The position numbers were made by a program, and so were the translations under genes. The notes beneath the pieces were generated by a model, which worked only from the letters and a program-made list of their open reading frames with translations, ran no database searches and was not told where the DNA came from. Of a DNA stretch of 59,030 nt, positions 1 to 8,716 are shown piece by piece. Positions within the stretch are counted from its first letter, which is position 1. Each line of letters starts with the position of its first letter. The stretch is from a virus. The DNA lies in IMG/VR virus record IMGVR_UViG_3300048611_000080, positions 1-59,030 of that record. One strand, written 5' to 3'.

Positions 1-127
1 CGGCGGAGGTAAAGAACAGGACCGTGTTGTTCGCCGGAACATAGACGATGCTCACGGCAGGACGCCTCCGCCGCCCTCAGTGGTGATGATCCAGTCATAG
101 TCGATATCGACATAGAAGGGATCGCCG
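1..127. repeat. Contig end overlap: 1-127 is identical to 58904-59030 (circular closure; unique genome length 58,903 bp)
   Basis: The first 127 nt (cggcggaggtaaagaacagg...gaagggatcgccg) match the last 127 nt of the window by direct comparison. 127 nt is a typical assembler k-mer overlap. Confidence 0.95.
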
Positions 128-588
128 ACGTCTTCGGTTCCAGGCGCGATCGGGGCGCCGCCGCCGGCCGGGGGCGAGGCTGACTCGTCGGTCCATTCTC
201 CAATCGTAGCGGCGGCGCCGTCGATAGTGACATGCGCGCCATCAAGAACGAAATGCACCTGGTTGGCGGCGAACTCCAGCACGTAGGCGAACTCGTCCGA
301 CCGCACGAAGGGACGCACCACGGCGAGACTGTCGCCCTCGGTCAGGACAGGTTCTCCGGCCTCATCGAGGACCGTATCGCCATCCTCCTCCAGCACATAG
401 GCAAGGGCGGTGACGTTGCGAATAAACTTCGAGCCTGGGGCCTTTGCCATCATTCCCTGGGTATAGGGAAAGATATTCTCCATCTGCTCGGCGAGGCGCG
501 AGTAGATATCGATGTCGACGCGCGCCAGCGTCGGCTTGTCTGCCTCGCCGCCGTTGAATGTCGCGACGGTGATGTTCGTTTTTGCCAA
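52..588 (-). CDS. Hypothetical virion protein between the tail tubular A-like and B-like genes
   Basis: 178-aa ORF. Its TGA overlaps the GTG start of the 769-aa gene (GTGA at 52-55, equivalent to 58955-58958 across the junction). No motif recognised. Confidence 0.6.
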   Translation of the reverse strand: MAKTNITVATFNGGEADKPTLARVDIDIYSRLAEQMENIFPYTQGMMAKAPGSKFIRNVTALAYVLEEDGDTVLDEAGEPVLTEGDSLAVVRPFVRSDEFAYVLEFAANQVHFVLDGAHVTIDGAAATIGEWTDESASPPAGGGAPIAPGTEDVGDPFYVDIDYDWIITTEGGGGVLP

Positions 589-593
589 CGGAG

Positions 594-1196
594 CTATCCG
601 TTATAGCGGCGCGAGAACCCATGGCGGGCGGTTTCGTACTGGCCCGGCGGGATCTCGAATGGCCCGTTCTGCTGGGCGTCCCAGAGCTTGGCTTTCGACA
701 GCGCTTTGCGGTCGCCGCGTTCGAGCCGGTCCCAATCGACATTGGACTTGCCGAACACGCCAGCGACCTTGACCGCGATCTTCACGGCAAGGGCGCCCGC
801 GAACAGTTCCGACCACATGCCGGGACTGTCGATCTTCTCTCCGTCGACATAGTCGAGCCAGGTGGTTTCGGAGTTGGTGAGGATGCGGCCCCCGAAGTCG
901 AGATAGTCGATCTGCCCGCATGTTGGATTGGAGGAGGCCGCGACCTTGACGATGCGCTTGCACTTGCCCGGCTTGGTGAACCCGTAGGTCCAGCCGTCGG
1001 GGGTAGGATCGACAGCGGTGAGCAGCGTTTTGGTCATCGAGAAGTTCCAGGAATGCTCCTCGAACAGCTTCTTGACCTCGCGGGTGTAGGCCTGGTTGCA
1101 GCGAACCACCCATGTGGAATCATCGTCAGGACCGCTGGAGGGCGGCTCGCCCAGCCACTCCAGGCTATCATTCACCACATCGGTCTGCGTCGTCAT
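594..1196 (-). CDS. Tail tubular protein A / adaptor (T7 gp11-like)
   Basis: 200 aa (T7 gp11 is 196 aa). N-terminus VVNDSLEWLGEPPSS ... HSWNF resembles remembered T7 gp11 VNDILASIGEPPVS ... RGWTF. Position is downstream of the capsid gene and upstream of a roughly 770-aa gene. Confidence 0.72.
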   Translation of the reverse strand: MTTQTDVVNDSLEWLGEPPSSGPDDDSTWVVRCNQAYTREVKKLFEEHSWNFSMTKTLLTAVDPTPDGWTYGFTKPGKCKRIVKVAASSNPTCGQIDYLDFGGRILTNSETTWLDYVDGEKIDSPGMWSELFAGALAVKIAVKVAGVFGKSNVDWDRLERGDRKALSKAKLWDAQQNGPFEIPPGQYETARHGFSRRYNG

Positions 1197-1723
1197 CAGG
1201 CCGGCTCAGGCTCTTTCGCAGGAGCCTCGGCAACTGCCTTGCGCGGTCTCCCGCCCTTGTTGCGCGGGACCGCGGGCGCCTCACCGGCCAGTTCATCGAT
1301 CTTGGCCTTGGCTTCCTCGGGGGTGATGAACCCTCCGGCCTTCTCCGAGGCCTTGTAGAAGACCGTCCACTTCCGGCCGGACCCCTTGTATTCCATGGAC
1401 CAGCCGTCCGGAAGTTCGCCGACATCGAACATGACAGCGGGAACGATGGCGGCCGTAATGACCTGGTCGATTGTCCCCAGGCAGGCGCGGACCATGAGCC
1501 GCACATACCACGAGCAGTCCTCAGGACGGACATCGATGAAATCGCCGGGGCGAAGCAGCCGGTCGGTCTTGGACCTCGACTGCATCTGCCCGAAATACTC
1601 GGGCGCCAGCACGACATCGAGCGCGTGTTCGGCCGGAACCGTCGCGACATAGGTCCCGAACTGTTTGCCGTCGCGCTCGATTTCGAGGCAGTTCTTGGTC
1701 GGGCAGCGGGTCGTTTCTGGCAT
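1196..1723 (-). CDS. Hypothetical structural-module protein (Lys/Pro/Ala-rich C-terminal tail)
   Basis: 175-aa ORF, start/stop coupled to the gp11-like gene. No motif recognised. Confidence 0.6.
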   Translation of the reverse strand: MPETTRCPTKNCLEIERDGKQFGTYVATVPAEHALDVVLAPEYFGQMQSRSKTDRLLRPGDFIDVRPEDCSWYVRLMVRACLGTIDQVITAAIVPAVMFDVGELPDGWSMEYKGSGRKWTVFYKASEKAGGFITPEEAKAKIDELAGEAPAVPRNKGGRPRKAVAEAPAKEPEPA

Positions 1724-1783
1724 GGTGTCTCCAAAGAATTGGGGCAGGAGCCGAAGCCCCTGCCCAGGTGTAACCGATTGATC

Positions 1784-2113
1784 TTAATCGGAATTTGTGA
1801 TCGTGATCGCCGTCTCGTTCGAGAGGTCGGCAGCGCCGGCCGTCGAGATGCCCATAACGACCATCATCGCATAATCGGCGATAACGTTGGCGACGCCGGC
1901 CGCAGTGAGCATTTCCGACGTTTCGGTCGGAATCGCCGTGGTCCAAACGCGCACAAAGACGAAGTCGCCCTTGTACATGCCGCGCTCCTTGGCGTCGGAG
2001 ATGAACCCAGCCGCGTCGACATCGGTAACGATGTCGACCGTATCCAGCGCCCAGAACCTCATGCCGAGGCCGATGTGAAGCGGGCCGTGCAGCTTGGAAG
2101 TTGCGTAAGTCAT
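1784..2113 (-). CDS. Hypothetical small protein directly after the capsid gene (possible head decoration or accessory protein)
   Basis: 109-aa ORF in the operon frame. The function is inferred from position only. Confidence 0.55.
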   Translation of the reverse strand: MTYATSKLHGPLHIGLGMRFWALDTVDIVTDVDAAGFISDAKERGMYKGDFVFVRVWTTAIPTETSEMLTAAGVANVIADYAMMVVMGISTAGAADLSNETAITITNSD

Positions 2114-2140
2114 TGTGTGTTTTCCTTCTTCGCTGTTCGG

Positions 2141-2995
2141 TTACGCGATTGCGGCGGTGTCGTTGTGGACAGCACGGCAGATGCCGCGCGTCAGGATCGA
2201 CTTGGCGACGTGAACCGCCTTGACCCAGGTTTCGTACCTGTCCTGTCCGCCGTCGTAGTTGATGTAGGTCTCGGGCTCGCCGTCGATCTGGTGGCCGATG
2301 GCTGTGCCGTGGTAGATGTAGCACTTGGCCGTGGCCCCGCCCTTGCCGGTCAAGCCGGTGTGGCGAATCCAGTTGACGCCAAGCCATTTGCGGAACTGCC
2401 CGATCGGCGGAGCGCCTTCAACGAGAGGCTTGATCTCGTTGTAGTCGATCGACACGAAGTCATCGATCGTCTCCATTTGCGCATACCCGTTGGGAGTCAC
2501 GAGGCCCCAGACATTGCCGTCCGGCTCAACATCGTTGTTCCACAGCGTCGTGGTCCACGTCAGGAACGTCGACTTGACGCCGAAGTCGATGGCGGCGTCG
2601 GAGTTGATCGCCACCGAGGTGGCGTCGAGCTGGTCGATGATGGCCTGATCGATCGCCTTGTTGATCGAGGACCGGCCCTTCATCAGCTGGGCGTTGCGGG
2701 TGTTCGGGTTGCCGCGGAACAGGTCGAACTTGTCGATGCGGAACTTCTTGAAGTGTTCCTCCATCGTGCCCGAGACCTGCGAGAGGCCCAGTTGCGAGAC
2801 CGGGATATCGCCGTCACGGGTGCGGACATTGGCCGCGTCCGACGGGTCGACCACGTCCCAGTAGACCACTTCGCCCTTCTGCGCGCCGTCATTGCGGACG
2901 GTCTGCTTCAGAAGCGACTGGTTCCGGTCGTAGTCCATCTTGAATTCGTCGTTGTACTGCTCGCGAAATACGTTGGTGATCTGGTTAACAGCCAT
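2141..2995 (-). CDS. Major capsid protein (HK97-fold size class)
   Basis: 284-aa ORF directly after a scaffold-like gene in a portal-scaffold-capsid order. Strong SD (gaggatgag) 6-8 nt upstream of the ATG. Confidence 0.68.
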   Translation of the reverse strand: MAVNQITNVFREQYNDEFKMDYDRNQSLLKQTVRNDGAQKGEVVYWDVVDPSDAANVRTRDGDIPVSQLGLSQVSGTMEEHFKKFRIDKFDLFRGNPNTRNAQLMKGRSSINKAIDQAIIDQLDATSVAINSDAAIDFGVKSTFLTWTTTLWNNDVEPDGNVWGLVTPNGYAQMETIDDFVSIDYNEIKPLVEGAPPIGQFRKWLGVNWIRHTGLTGKGGATAKCYIYHGTAIGHQIDGEPETYINYDGGQDRYETWVKAVHVAKSILTRGICRAVHNDTAAIA

Positions 2996-3165
2996 GGCTG
3001 CTCATCCTCATTGGGTTGATTGCAGGAATGGCGATGCCGTCCGCCAGGCGGGTTACTCGTTGCCGAGAGCCGCAAGACAGTCTTCGTTTGCTTCGCAGGG
3101 CCGGAAACTGGGTTACTGCGCGCTGGTCTTTCTTCCCTGATCGCCGGGGGAGAAAGCCAGCCTGA

Positions 3166-4131
3166 CTAGGCCGCTTGGCCTCGTTGGTTATGCCGCTCTA
3201 GAGCCGCATAAATCTGTTCCAGTTCGCCACCGGGCTTGGTCAGCTCGGCGAACTTCTTGGGGTCGAAATACTTCATCGAGAGGATGTTCATTTTCCTCTG
3301 TTCGAGATTGTTGGCGGGATCGACGCCGTTGCGGCCGGCTTCGAGGAAGACAGGGTCCTCCACATGATCGCGGCCGATCTTGGCGAATGCCTGCAGAAAA
3401 TCGAAATCGTCGCCCAGCAGCGAGCCGTCGGCGAACTGACGGTCTTTGACCTTTTCCCACGCCTTGCCGAAGTAGTGCTCGACAGCGGCTTGAGCGAAGG
3501 AGACGTTGCGCTTGCCCTCGTTCCCCGGCCAGAGCTTGGTGATCTGTCCTTGGGTCAGCTCCCGCTGGCGGATGGCAGTTGCCTCTGCGAATGCCGCAGC
3601 CTCCTCCTGCTCGAGATAGTAGGCTTCGTGAATGGCGTTGACGACTTCCGGATCGGCGAGGATGCCGCCGCGCTTGTGGAATCTGGCCGTCAGGGCATCC
3701 AGTCGCGTCTTGTCCGCTTCCGTGACCTCGTAGCCTTCGGGCGGCTTGACCTTGATCTCGTATTTTTTCGGATCGTCTGGGATCTTCCGGGCCTTGGCGT
3801 AGGCGGCGCGGTCTTCGTCGGACGCATCCTCTCCGGGGATCATCAGCCGGCGCGGGTCGGTCGCTTTGCTGCGAACATCCTTATAGGCGTTGGCGAACGC
3901 TGGCTCGTCAGTGAACCGCTCCAGCTCCTTTAGGAACTTCTTGTCCTCGCCGGCCAGTTTGCCGCGCCAGTCGTAATCGCTGGAATCGGTCGTGGTCGTG
4001 GTGGTTTTCTTGTCGTCCGTTGTGGACGTCTTGTCGGTTTTGGCGTCCGTCGTCTTCGTTTCAGTCTTGGTCGACGTGTCCGCGGTTTTCGTCTCGGTCT
4101 TGTCGATAGTGTCGACGGTGTCAGTCGTCAT
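3166..4131 (-). CDS. Scaffolding protein (candidate)
   Basis: 321 aa. The N-terminal third is low-complexity Thr/Lys/Asp-rich and the rest is charged and helical-looking. Immediately upstream of the capsid gene. Confidence 0.55.
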   Translation of the reverse strand: MTTDTVDTIDKTETKTADTSTKTETKTTDAKTDKTSTTDDKKTTTTTTDSSDYDWRGKLAGEDKKFLKELERFTDEPAFANAYKDVRSKATDPRRLMIPGEDASDEDRAAYAKARKIPDDPKKYEIKVKPPEGYEVTEADKTRLDALTARFHKRGGILADPEVVNAIHEAYYLEQEEAAAFAEATAIRQRELTQGQITKLWPGNEGKRNVSFAQAAVEHYFGKAWEKVKDRQFADGSLLGDDFDFLQAFAKIGRDHVEDPVFLEAGRNGVDPANNLEQRKMNILSMKYFDPKKFAELTKPGGELEQIYAALERHNQRGQAA

Positions 4132-4441
4132 GCTCTTTCTCCAGTATTCTCTTCACGGCGGCCGGCGCCATCCGCACTTCCGCCAGCGCCATCAGTGTTG
4201 TCGCCACCCAGCGTTTGCCGCCTTGGAACGCCCAGAACTCACCCTGCCCGTATTCCGACTGGCCGACCGCGCACATCGCCAGCAGGTAGCCGACGAAATG
4301 CGCCTGCTGGTGCTTGGTGGCGTTACCGTTGAACAGGGCGCGGATGGCGGCCAGTTCATCGATGCTCGGTTGTGGAGGCTGGTCAGGGCGGAGGATTTGG
4401 CGTGGGGCTTCGGCGCTCTTCGTTCGAAGGTCTTCGGTCAT
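4121..4441 (-). CDS. Hypothetical protein
   Basis: ORF 4121-4474. The ATG at 4441 forms an ATGA overlap with the stop of the 257-aa gene, so that start is preferred. The upstream ATG at 4474 is an alternative. Confidence 0.5.
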   Translation of the reverse strand: MTEDLRTKSAEAPRQILRPDQPPQPSIDELAAIRALFNGNATKHQQAHFVGYLLAMCAVGQSEYGQGEFWAFQGGKRWVATTLMALAEVRMAPAAVKRILEKEHDD

Positions 4442-5211
4442 TGAGCCGTGTTGGTCCTGAGGATGCCGCGCCATCCGGCCGTTACGTCAGTGTTGACGGC
4501 GCTTACATAGGTGCAGCGCATTCCAAAATCGGTCTTCTCCGTCAGCGCCACGCCGGGCGCGAGCGTGTGATAGTAGGGCGCGGTGCTGACGCTGAACTCG
4601 ATCGCCATGCGGTAGAACCCTTCGGAGTTCTGCACGACCGTGGAGAACGTCGCGTCTCTCGTGCTCGACGGCCGGTTGATGCCGAACGTCATCGACGTGA
4701 TCTGCAGCGTGTGGCCCAGCGGGACCGTGTATTGCGACTGCCTCGTGATTCCGTATCCGGTCTCGATCTGCGCCCTGACGGTTGCGCCTGAGACGTCCCT
4801 TATGTTGATCGTACCCGCATTGACGCGGCCGGAGCCTGCTGATGAGACCACCGCCGACTGAACCCGGTAGAGCGCGGCTGGAATCGCAACCGGTGTGGTC
4901 CCATCAAGCGTCACAACCTGCCGGACCTTGCCCCAGGCGGCGTCGAGGCCGTCGATGGTGACCGTTCTGGCGCCGGTTCCAGCGCTTGTGTCGGCCACGG
5001 AGTCAGAGACGATCTCCAGGGCGGTGGCGGCGCTCAGCCATGGGTAGAGACCGCCTCCGCTCCAAATGTCCTCCGGGGCTGTGTCGATGTCTCCGTTATG
5101 GCCGAGTGCGATGATACGCTCGTAACCGGGAAAGAGCAGGTATCCGACCGCCAGTTCGAATGGGATCGATACGATCGAGACCCGGTTTTTGATAAACGAC
5201 ATAGCCCCCAC
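4438..5211 (-). CDS. Conserved-looking virion-associated protein, function unknown
   Basis: 257-aa ORF rich in beta-strand-type sequence (…SDSVADTSAGTGARTVTIDGLD…NAGTINIRD…). Located in the head module. Confidence 0.6.
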   Translation of the reverse strand: MGAMSFIKNRVSIVSIPFELAVGYLLFPGYERIIALGHNGDIDTAPEDIWSGGGLYPWLSAATALEIVSDSVADTSAGTGARTVTIDGLDAAWGKVRQVVTLDGTTPVAIPAALYRVQSAVVSSAGSGRVNAGTINIRDVSGATVRAQIETGYGITRQSQYTVPLGHTLQITSMTFGINRPSSTRDATFSTVVQNSEGFYRMAIEFSVSTAPYYHTLAPGVALTEKTDFGMRCTYVSAVNTDVTAGWRGILRTNTAQ

Positions 5212-5229
5212 CCATTGAGCTGACCGTCA

Positions 5230-6363
5230 TCAGACGGCGGAGAACGGGTCTGCCGGGTTCGAGCCGGCGGGAACGACAAGATCGCCGCGCACGGCCCAGA
5301 CATCGGCGGCGATGTCGACAAGCTCGATCCAGTCGCCGATCTGACCACCCGTGGTCGTGCCGTTGAGCGTGATCGTGTTGTCTGTGGTGGTCGCGGCAAA
5401 GGCGCCTTGGGCTGCAGCGTCATTGTCGAGAATGTTGACCGAGCCCTTCATGGTATCATCGCCCGTGATCGTGATGATGTGATTGTTGGTGTTCACGGCG
5501 GACACGATGAACCGGAATACAGCGCCGGTGCCTGCGGCGGCCGGCAGGGTTGCCGTCGATTCCGCAGCCGAGTGATCGAGCAGGATGATCCTGTCTGCGT
5601 GGGCGGCGACAGTCACGGCAAGCGATGTTCCGCCCACGGCTACAAGCCTGGTCGAGACGTCTGCTATCCGGGTGAGTTCGACAGCCGTGGAGGTCGTCGC
5701 CGCAGCCGTGCCGTCCGTGGAGGTGAGGATGCTCGCCGCAGCGCCGGGATCGCGAAGGGTGATTGTCCGTGCGCCAGCCATAGCGCCGATGACCACCGAT
5801 ACCGTGGTGTCGCCGGTCTGGTCAGTAACCGAGAGCGCGAGCTTGCCGCTTGTCGCAGTCCCGGGGAACAAATCGAGCGTGCCGGCGGCGCCGGATGCCC
5901 CGATATCAATGTTCGTGACATAGAGGTTCTTGAACAGCTTGTCCGTCTTGCCGAGGTCCACATCGTTGGTCGTCTCGGGCGAGATGGCGCCGTCTTCGGA
6001 GTTCCATTGCGTCGTGCCGCCGACCGAGAACGGCAGCGTGGCCGGCCCCTCGATCTGGTCGATGTAGGCGATCCCGTCGATGTAGGCATCCTTGAACCGC
6101 TGGGCGGTCTTTCCAAGGTCGACGTCATCATCCGTTTCCGGGTAGATGAAGCCGTCACCCCAGTTCCATTGGACGGTGCCGTTGACCTTGGCGATGCCGA
6201 TGGTGGCTGGATTGAAGCCCAGCCTCGGCAAGCCGATCAGAAGCTCTGAGAACGTCATGTATTTGGAGCCGGCCGTGGTTGCCGATACATCGACCGCATC
6301 GACCAGATCGTTCGTAGCGACGTCAGCGCCCGACAGTGCGGTGCGTGCAGATACTTTGCCCAT
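5230..6363 (-). CDS. Fibre-like protein with two phage tail-fibre-repeat motifs (head fibre or decoration candidate)
   Basis: 377 aa. There is an internal tandem repeat: aa 63-97 (TVQWNWGDGFIYPETDDDVDLGKTAQRFKDAYIDG) and aa 117-151 (TTQWNSEDGAISPETTNDVDLGKTDKLFKNLYVTN). The DLGxxxxxFKxxY signature is typical of phage tail-fibre repeats. Confidence 0.62.
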   Translation of the reverse strand: MGKVSARTALSGADVATNDLVDAVDVSATTAGSKYMTFSELLIGLPRLGFNPATIGIAKVNGTVQWNWGDGFIYPETDDDVDLGKTAQRFKDAYIDGIAYIDQIEGPATLPFSVGGTTQWNSEDGAISPETTNDVDLGKTDKLFKNLYVTNIDIGASGAAGTLDLFPGTATSGKLALSVTDQTGDTTVSVVIGAMAGARTITLRDPGAAASILTSTDGTAAATTSTAVELTRIADVSTRLVAVGGTSLAVTVAAHADRIILLDHSAAESTATLPAAAGTGAVFRFIVSAVNTNNHIITITGDDTMKGSVNILDNDAAAQGAFAATTTDNTITLNGTTTGGQIGDWIELVDIAADVWAVRGDLVVPAGSNPADPFSAV

Positions 6364-6752
6364 CAGGCAGCCTCCTCAAAGACTTGGGTTACTCCGTCCT
6401 CTTCGAGGACTTGATCGCCGTTTTCATCAATCACGGTGGCGGCCGGCGCAAAGCCCCCGATCGTGTCGTTCAGATTGAGCTTGCCGTAGACCGTGACCTC
6501 GACGGGTCCGGTATCCAGCGTCGTGATCATGGCGCGGAACTTGGCTGCGACCGGGACTTCGACGATCCACGTTCCGTCGAGCGTGAACGTGTCGACCGTG
6601 TGCCAGTCGCTATCGTCGTAGAGGTCCATCTGGAGGGCCACGACCGAAGCCCCGGCCGTGTGATCGAACCGCAGCCAGAAATCCGCGTAGGCCGTGAACA
6701 CGAAGGCGGGGAAGTCCGCCGCTGTCATCGACGCCTGTATCCTCGTCGCCAT
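6363..6752 (-). CDS. Hypothetical head-module protein
   Basis: 129-aa ORF with 1-nt overlaps to both neighbours. Confidence 0.6.
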   Translation of the reverse strand: MATRIQASMTAADFPAFVFTAYADFWLRFDHTAGASVVALQMDLYDDSDWHTVDTFTLDGTWIVEVPVAAKFRAMITTLDTGPVEVTVYGKLNLNDTIGGFAPAATVIDENGDQVLEEDGVTQVFEEAA

Positions 6753-8440
6753 CAGGCGTTCCCCTGTGCCGCTTGTTCAAGCATCTTCATGTTCTCCGGC
6801 TTGGCCTTGAGGGCCATGTCCATCCCGACCGCGGCTTCCTGCTTGGCCGTTTCCTCGGCCTGGGCCTGTTGACGGCTGTCGCGCATCTGTTTCACCAGCT
6901 CCGGATCGCGCGCCCAATCGGTTGGCAGCGTCTCCATGCGGCCGCGCGTGACCTCGTCCCAGTCGATGTTGTCGAGGCTGTCTGGCGAGAGCTCGGCCTG
7001 CACCGCCATGTCGGTCACAAGCTGGCTGGCTTGCTGGGCGCGGAGTTCGCGGTAGGCTTGGCTGAGCGGCGTTTCGAACTCGAAGTTGATGCCCGCGCCC
7101 TGCAGTGGCTCAGGCGCCTCCTCGAATGCGCCCTGTTCGGCGGAGCGCTCGAAGACGCCGTCCATCAGGGTGGCGTTCTCCGCCTCCATGGGCTCGAACA
7201 CCGGGGCGGCAGAGCGGACGTATTCCTCGATCCACTTGCCCGCTTCATAGGCGGTCATCTGCTTTTCAGGCAGCTTCAGCAGGTCCTGGAAGAAGCTGCG
7301 GCCGATCGCCAGTTGCAGCCGGTCGGTGAGTTCGATCCCGAACCGCGGATCGCCGGATTCCAGGTTCTCGATGACCTTGCGGTTGCCGTCTCCCATAGCA
7401 GTGGCGTCATAGTAAGTGATCGCCCCGGCCCTGAGGTTGATCTCTCCGACCACTGCGTCATGGGCCGCGACCTTCGGCGGATCGACCTTCCATTCGACCG
7501 ACTTCAGCAGAGCCTGCTGGGCCACATTCAGGGTCCGCGCATCGGCGAGGGCGACGCCTGCGCAGGGTGAGCGGCCATAAGCCTCGCCCGACACCGTCAT
7601 CCACCTGCGGACGAGATACGGGAACCAGTTGAAATACCCTTCCCCGAGTCCCGCCTCCTTCTCGTCGACCTCGCAGGCCATGTAGATCGACAGGTATTTG
7701 GCCTGCTTGCGGGGCCGCTCGCCCTTCTCATAGTCGTAGAGTTCAAGCGGGGCGACGCAGCGCTGGACCTTGACCTTCTGTTCCGGGTGCTCGTCGCACT
7801 TGTCCCGCCATTCCTTGGGGAGATTGTCCTTGCCGAAGAGGCCAACGGCCTGCTTCAGGGTCAGGTTCATCCGATCGTGGAGTTCGTCGACCTGGCCTTC
7901 GTGGTTCTCCGCCCAGGCGCAATCCTTGAGGTGTACGCACGAGAACAGGAGCCCTGTCCGGTCCTGGTTGTAGGTATGGCGTATGATGGCGTTGCCGAAG
8001 CAGACGTAATCATTGTCGCCTTCCGCCATCGCCCGCGTGAAGTTGGCGGGCGCGTAGTAGACGATATTCCGCAGGGTCCTGGTCGAGCGCTCCAGCCATT
8101 GCTTGTGCGGCTTGGGCTCCATGAGCGCGTCCGGCCGGACCACGCACTTGAACCATTCCTTGCCTCTCGGGCGCAGCATGGCGCCGAGGTTGTTCGCCAT
8201 GTCCCGGCGCATGCGCTGGGGAACTGACGTGAATATCCCGTCGTAGCGCTCATCCCCGTAAGCGCGGTCGCCGAAGAAATCCGCACGCTCAGGGTAGAAG
8301 ATTTCAGCCTGCGCCTGGAACAGCGCGTTGAACGAGTCCTTCTCGGTGAAGAGCTGGTCTCCCCTGGCCTTCCACTTCTTGGCGCGTTCCCGCATTCGGC
8401 CCCGTGAGGCCGCTGTGGATTCTCCCTCGTCGAATGCCAT
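6752..8440 (-). CDS. Portal (head-to-tail connector) protein
   Basis: 562 aa (T7 gp8 is 536 aa). Located after terL and a small ORF, upstream of the scaffold and capsid genes. Confidence 0.72.
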   Translation of the reverse strand: MAFDEGESTAASRGRMRERAKKWKARGDQLFTEKDSFNALFQAQAEIFYPERADFFGDRAYGDERYDGIFTSVPQRMRRDMANNLGAMLRPRGKEWFKCVVRPDALMEPKPHKQWLERSTRTLRNIVYYAPANFTRAMAEGDNDYVCFGNAIIRHTYNQDRTGLLFSCVHLKDCAWAENHEGQVDELHDRMNLTLKQAVGLFGKDNLPKEWRDKCDEHPEQKVKVQRCVAPLELYDYEKGERPRKQAKYLSIYMACEVDEKEAGLGEGYFNWFPYLVRRWMTVSGEAYGRSPCAGVALADARTLNVAQQALLKSVEWKVDPPKVAAHDAVVGEINLRAGAITYYDATAMGDGNRKVIENLESGDPRFGIELTDRLQLAIGRSFFQDLLKLPEKQMTAYEAGKWIEEYVRSAAPVFEPMEAENATLMDGVFERSAEQGAFEEAPEPLQGAGINFEFETPLSQAYRELRAQQASQLVTDMAVQAELSPDSLDNIDWDEVTRGRMETLPTDWARDPELVKQMRDSRQQAQAEETAKQEAAVGMDMALKAKPENMKMLEQAAQGNA

Positions 8441-8715
8441 CAGCCCAGCAGCGTCCCTGTGTCGTAGCCCTCATCGCCGAACTGGCCGCCGGTGAGGATG
8501 GTCGAGGCCAAGCCCTTGCGCTTCTTCGCCTGCCGCCTGGCCTCGCGCTGGGCTTCGAGGATGTCCGGATCGGTCTCGGTCGGCAGTTCCGGCGGGGCCT
8601 CAGGCCCTTTCTCGAACTCCATCCGCGCCCTCTCGAGCTGGGCGGCTGTGGAGCCCAATAGCGGGCTTGTCGGGGCTTTCTTCTTCGACCCGAACAGCTT
8701 GGTGATGAAGCTCAT
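8440..8715 (-). CDS. Small hypothetical protein between terminase and portal
   Basis: 91-aa ORF, coupled to the portal start. Confidence 0.55.
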   Translation of the reverse strand: MSFITKLFGSKKKAPTSPLLGSTAAQLERARMEFEKGPEAPPELPTETDPDILEAQREARRQAKKRKGLASTILTGGQFGDEGYDTGTLLG

Positions 8716-8716
8716 G

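Noticed and set aside
1112-3019. 635-aa plus-strand ORF, plus many other long ORFs antisense to the structural genes (for example 582-1358, 5407-6249, 43528-44223, 47964-48869, 53400-54398, 57084-57875).
   Set aside because: They are antisense to ORFs with recognisable phage motifs. They have Arg/Gly/Pro/Leu-rich compositions typical of shadow frames in GC-rich DNA, and show no coupling or SD logic.
3126-3158. Imperfect hairpin (ctttcttccc / ggggagaaag) in the 146-bp scaffold-capsid spacer, possibly an attenuator that sets the scaffold:capsid ratio.
   Set aside because: The stem has a mismatch or bulge and there is no U-tract on the transcribed (minus) strand. Not enough evidence to call a terminator.
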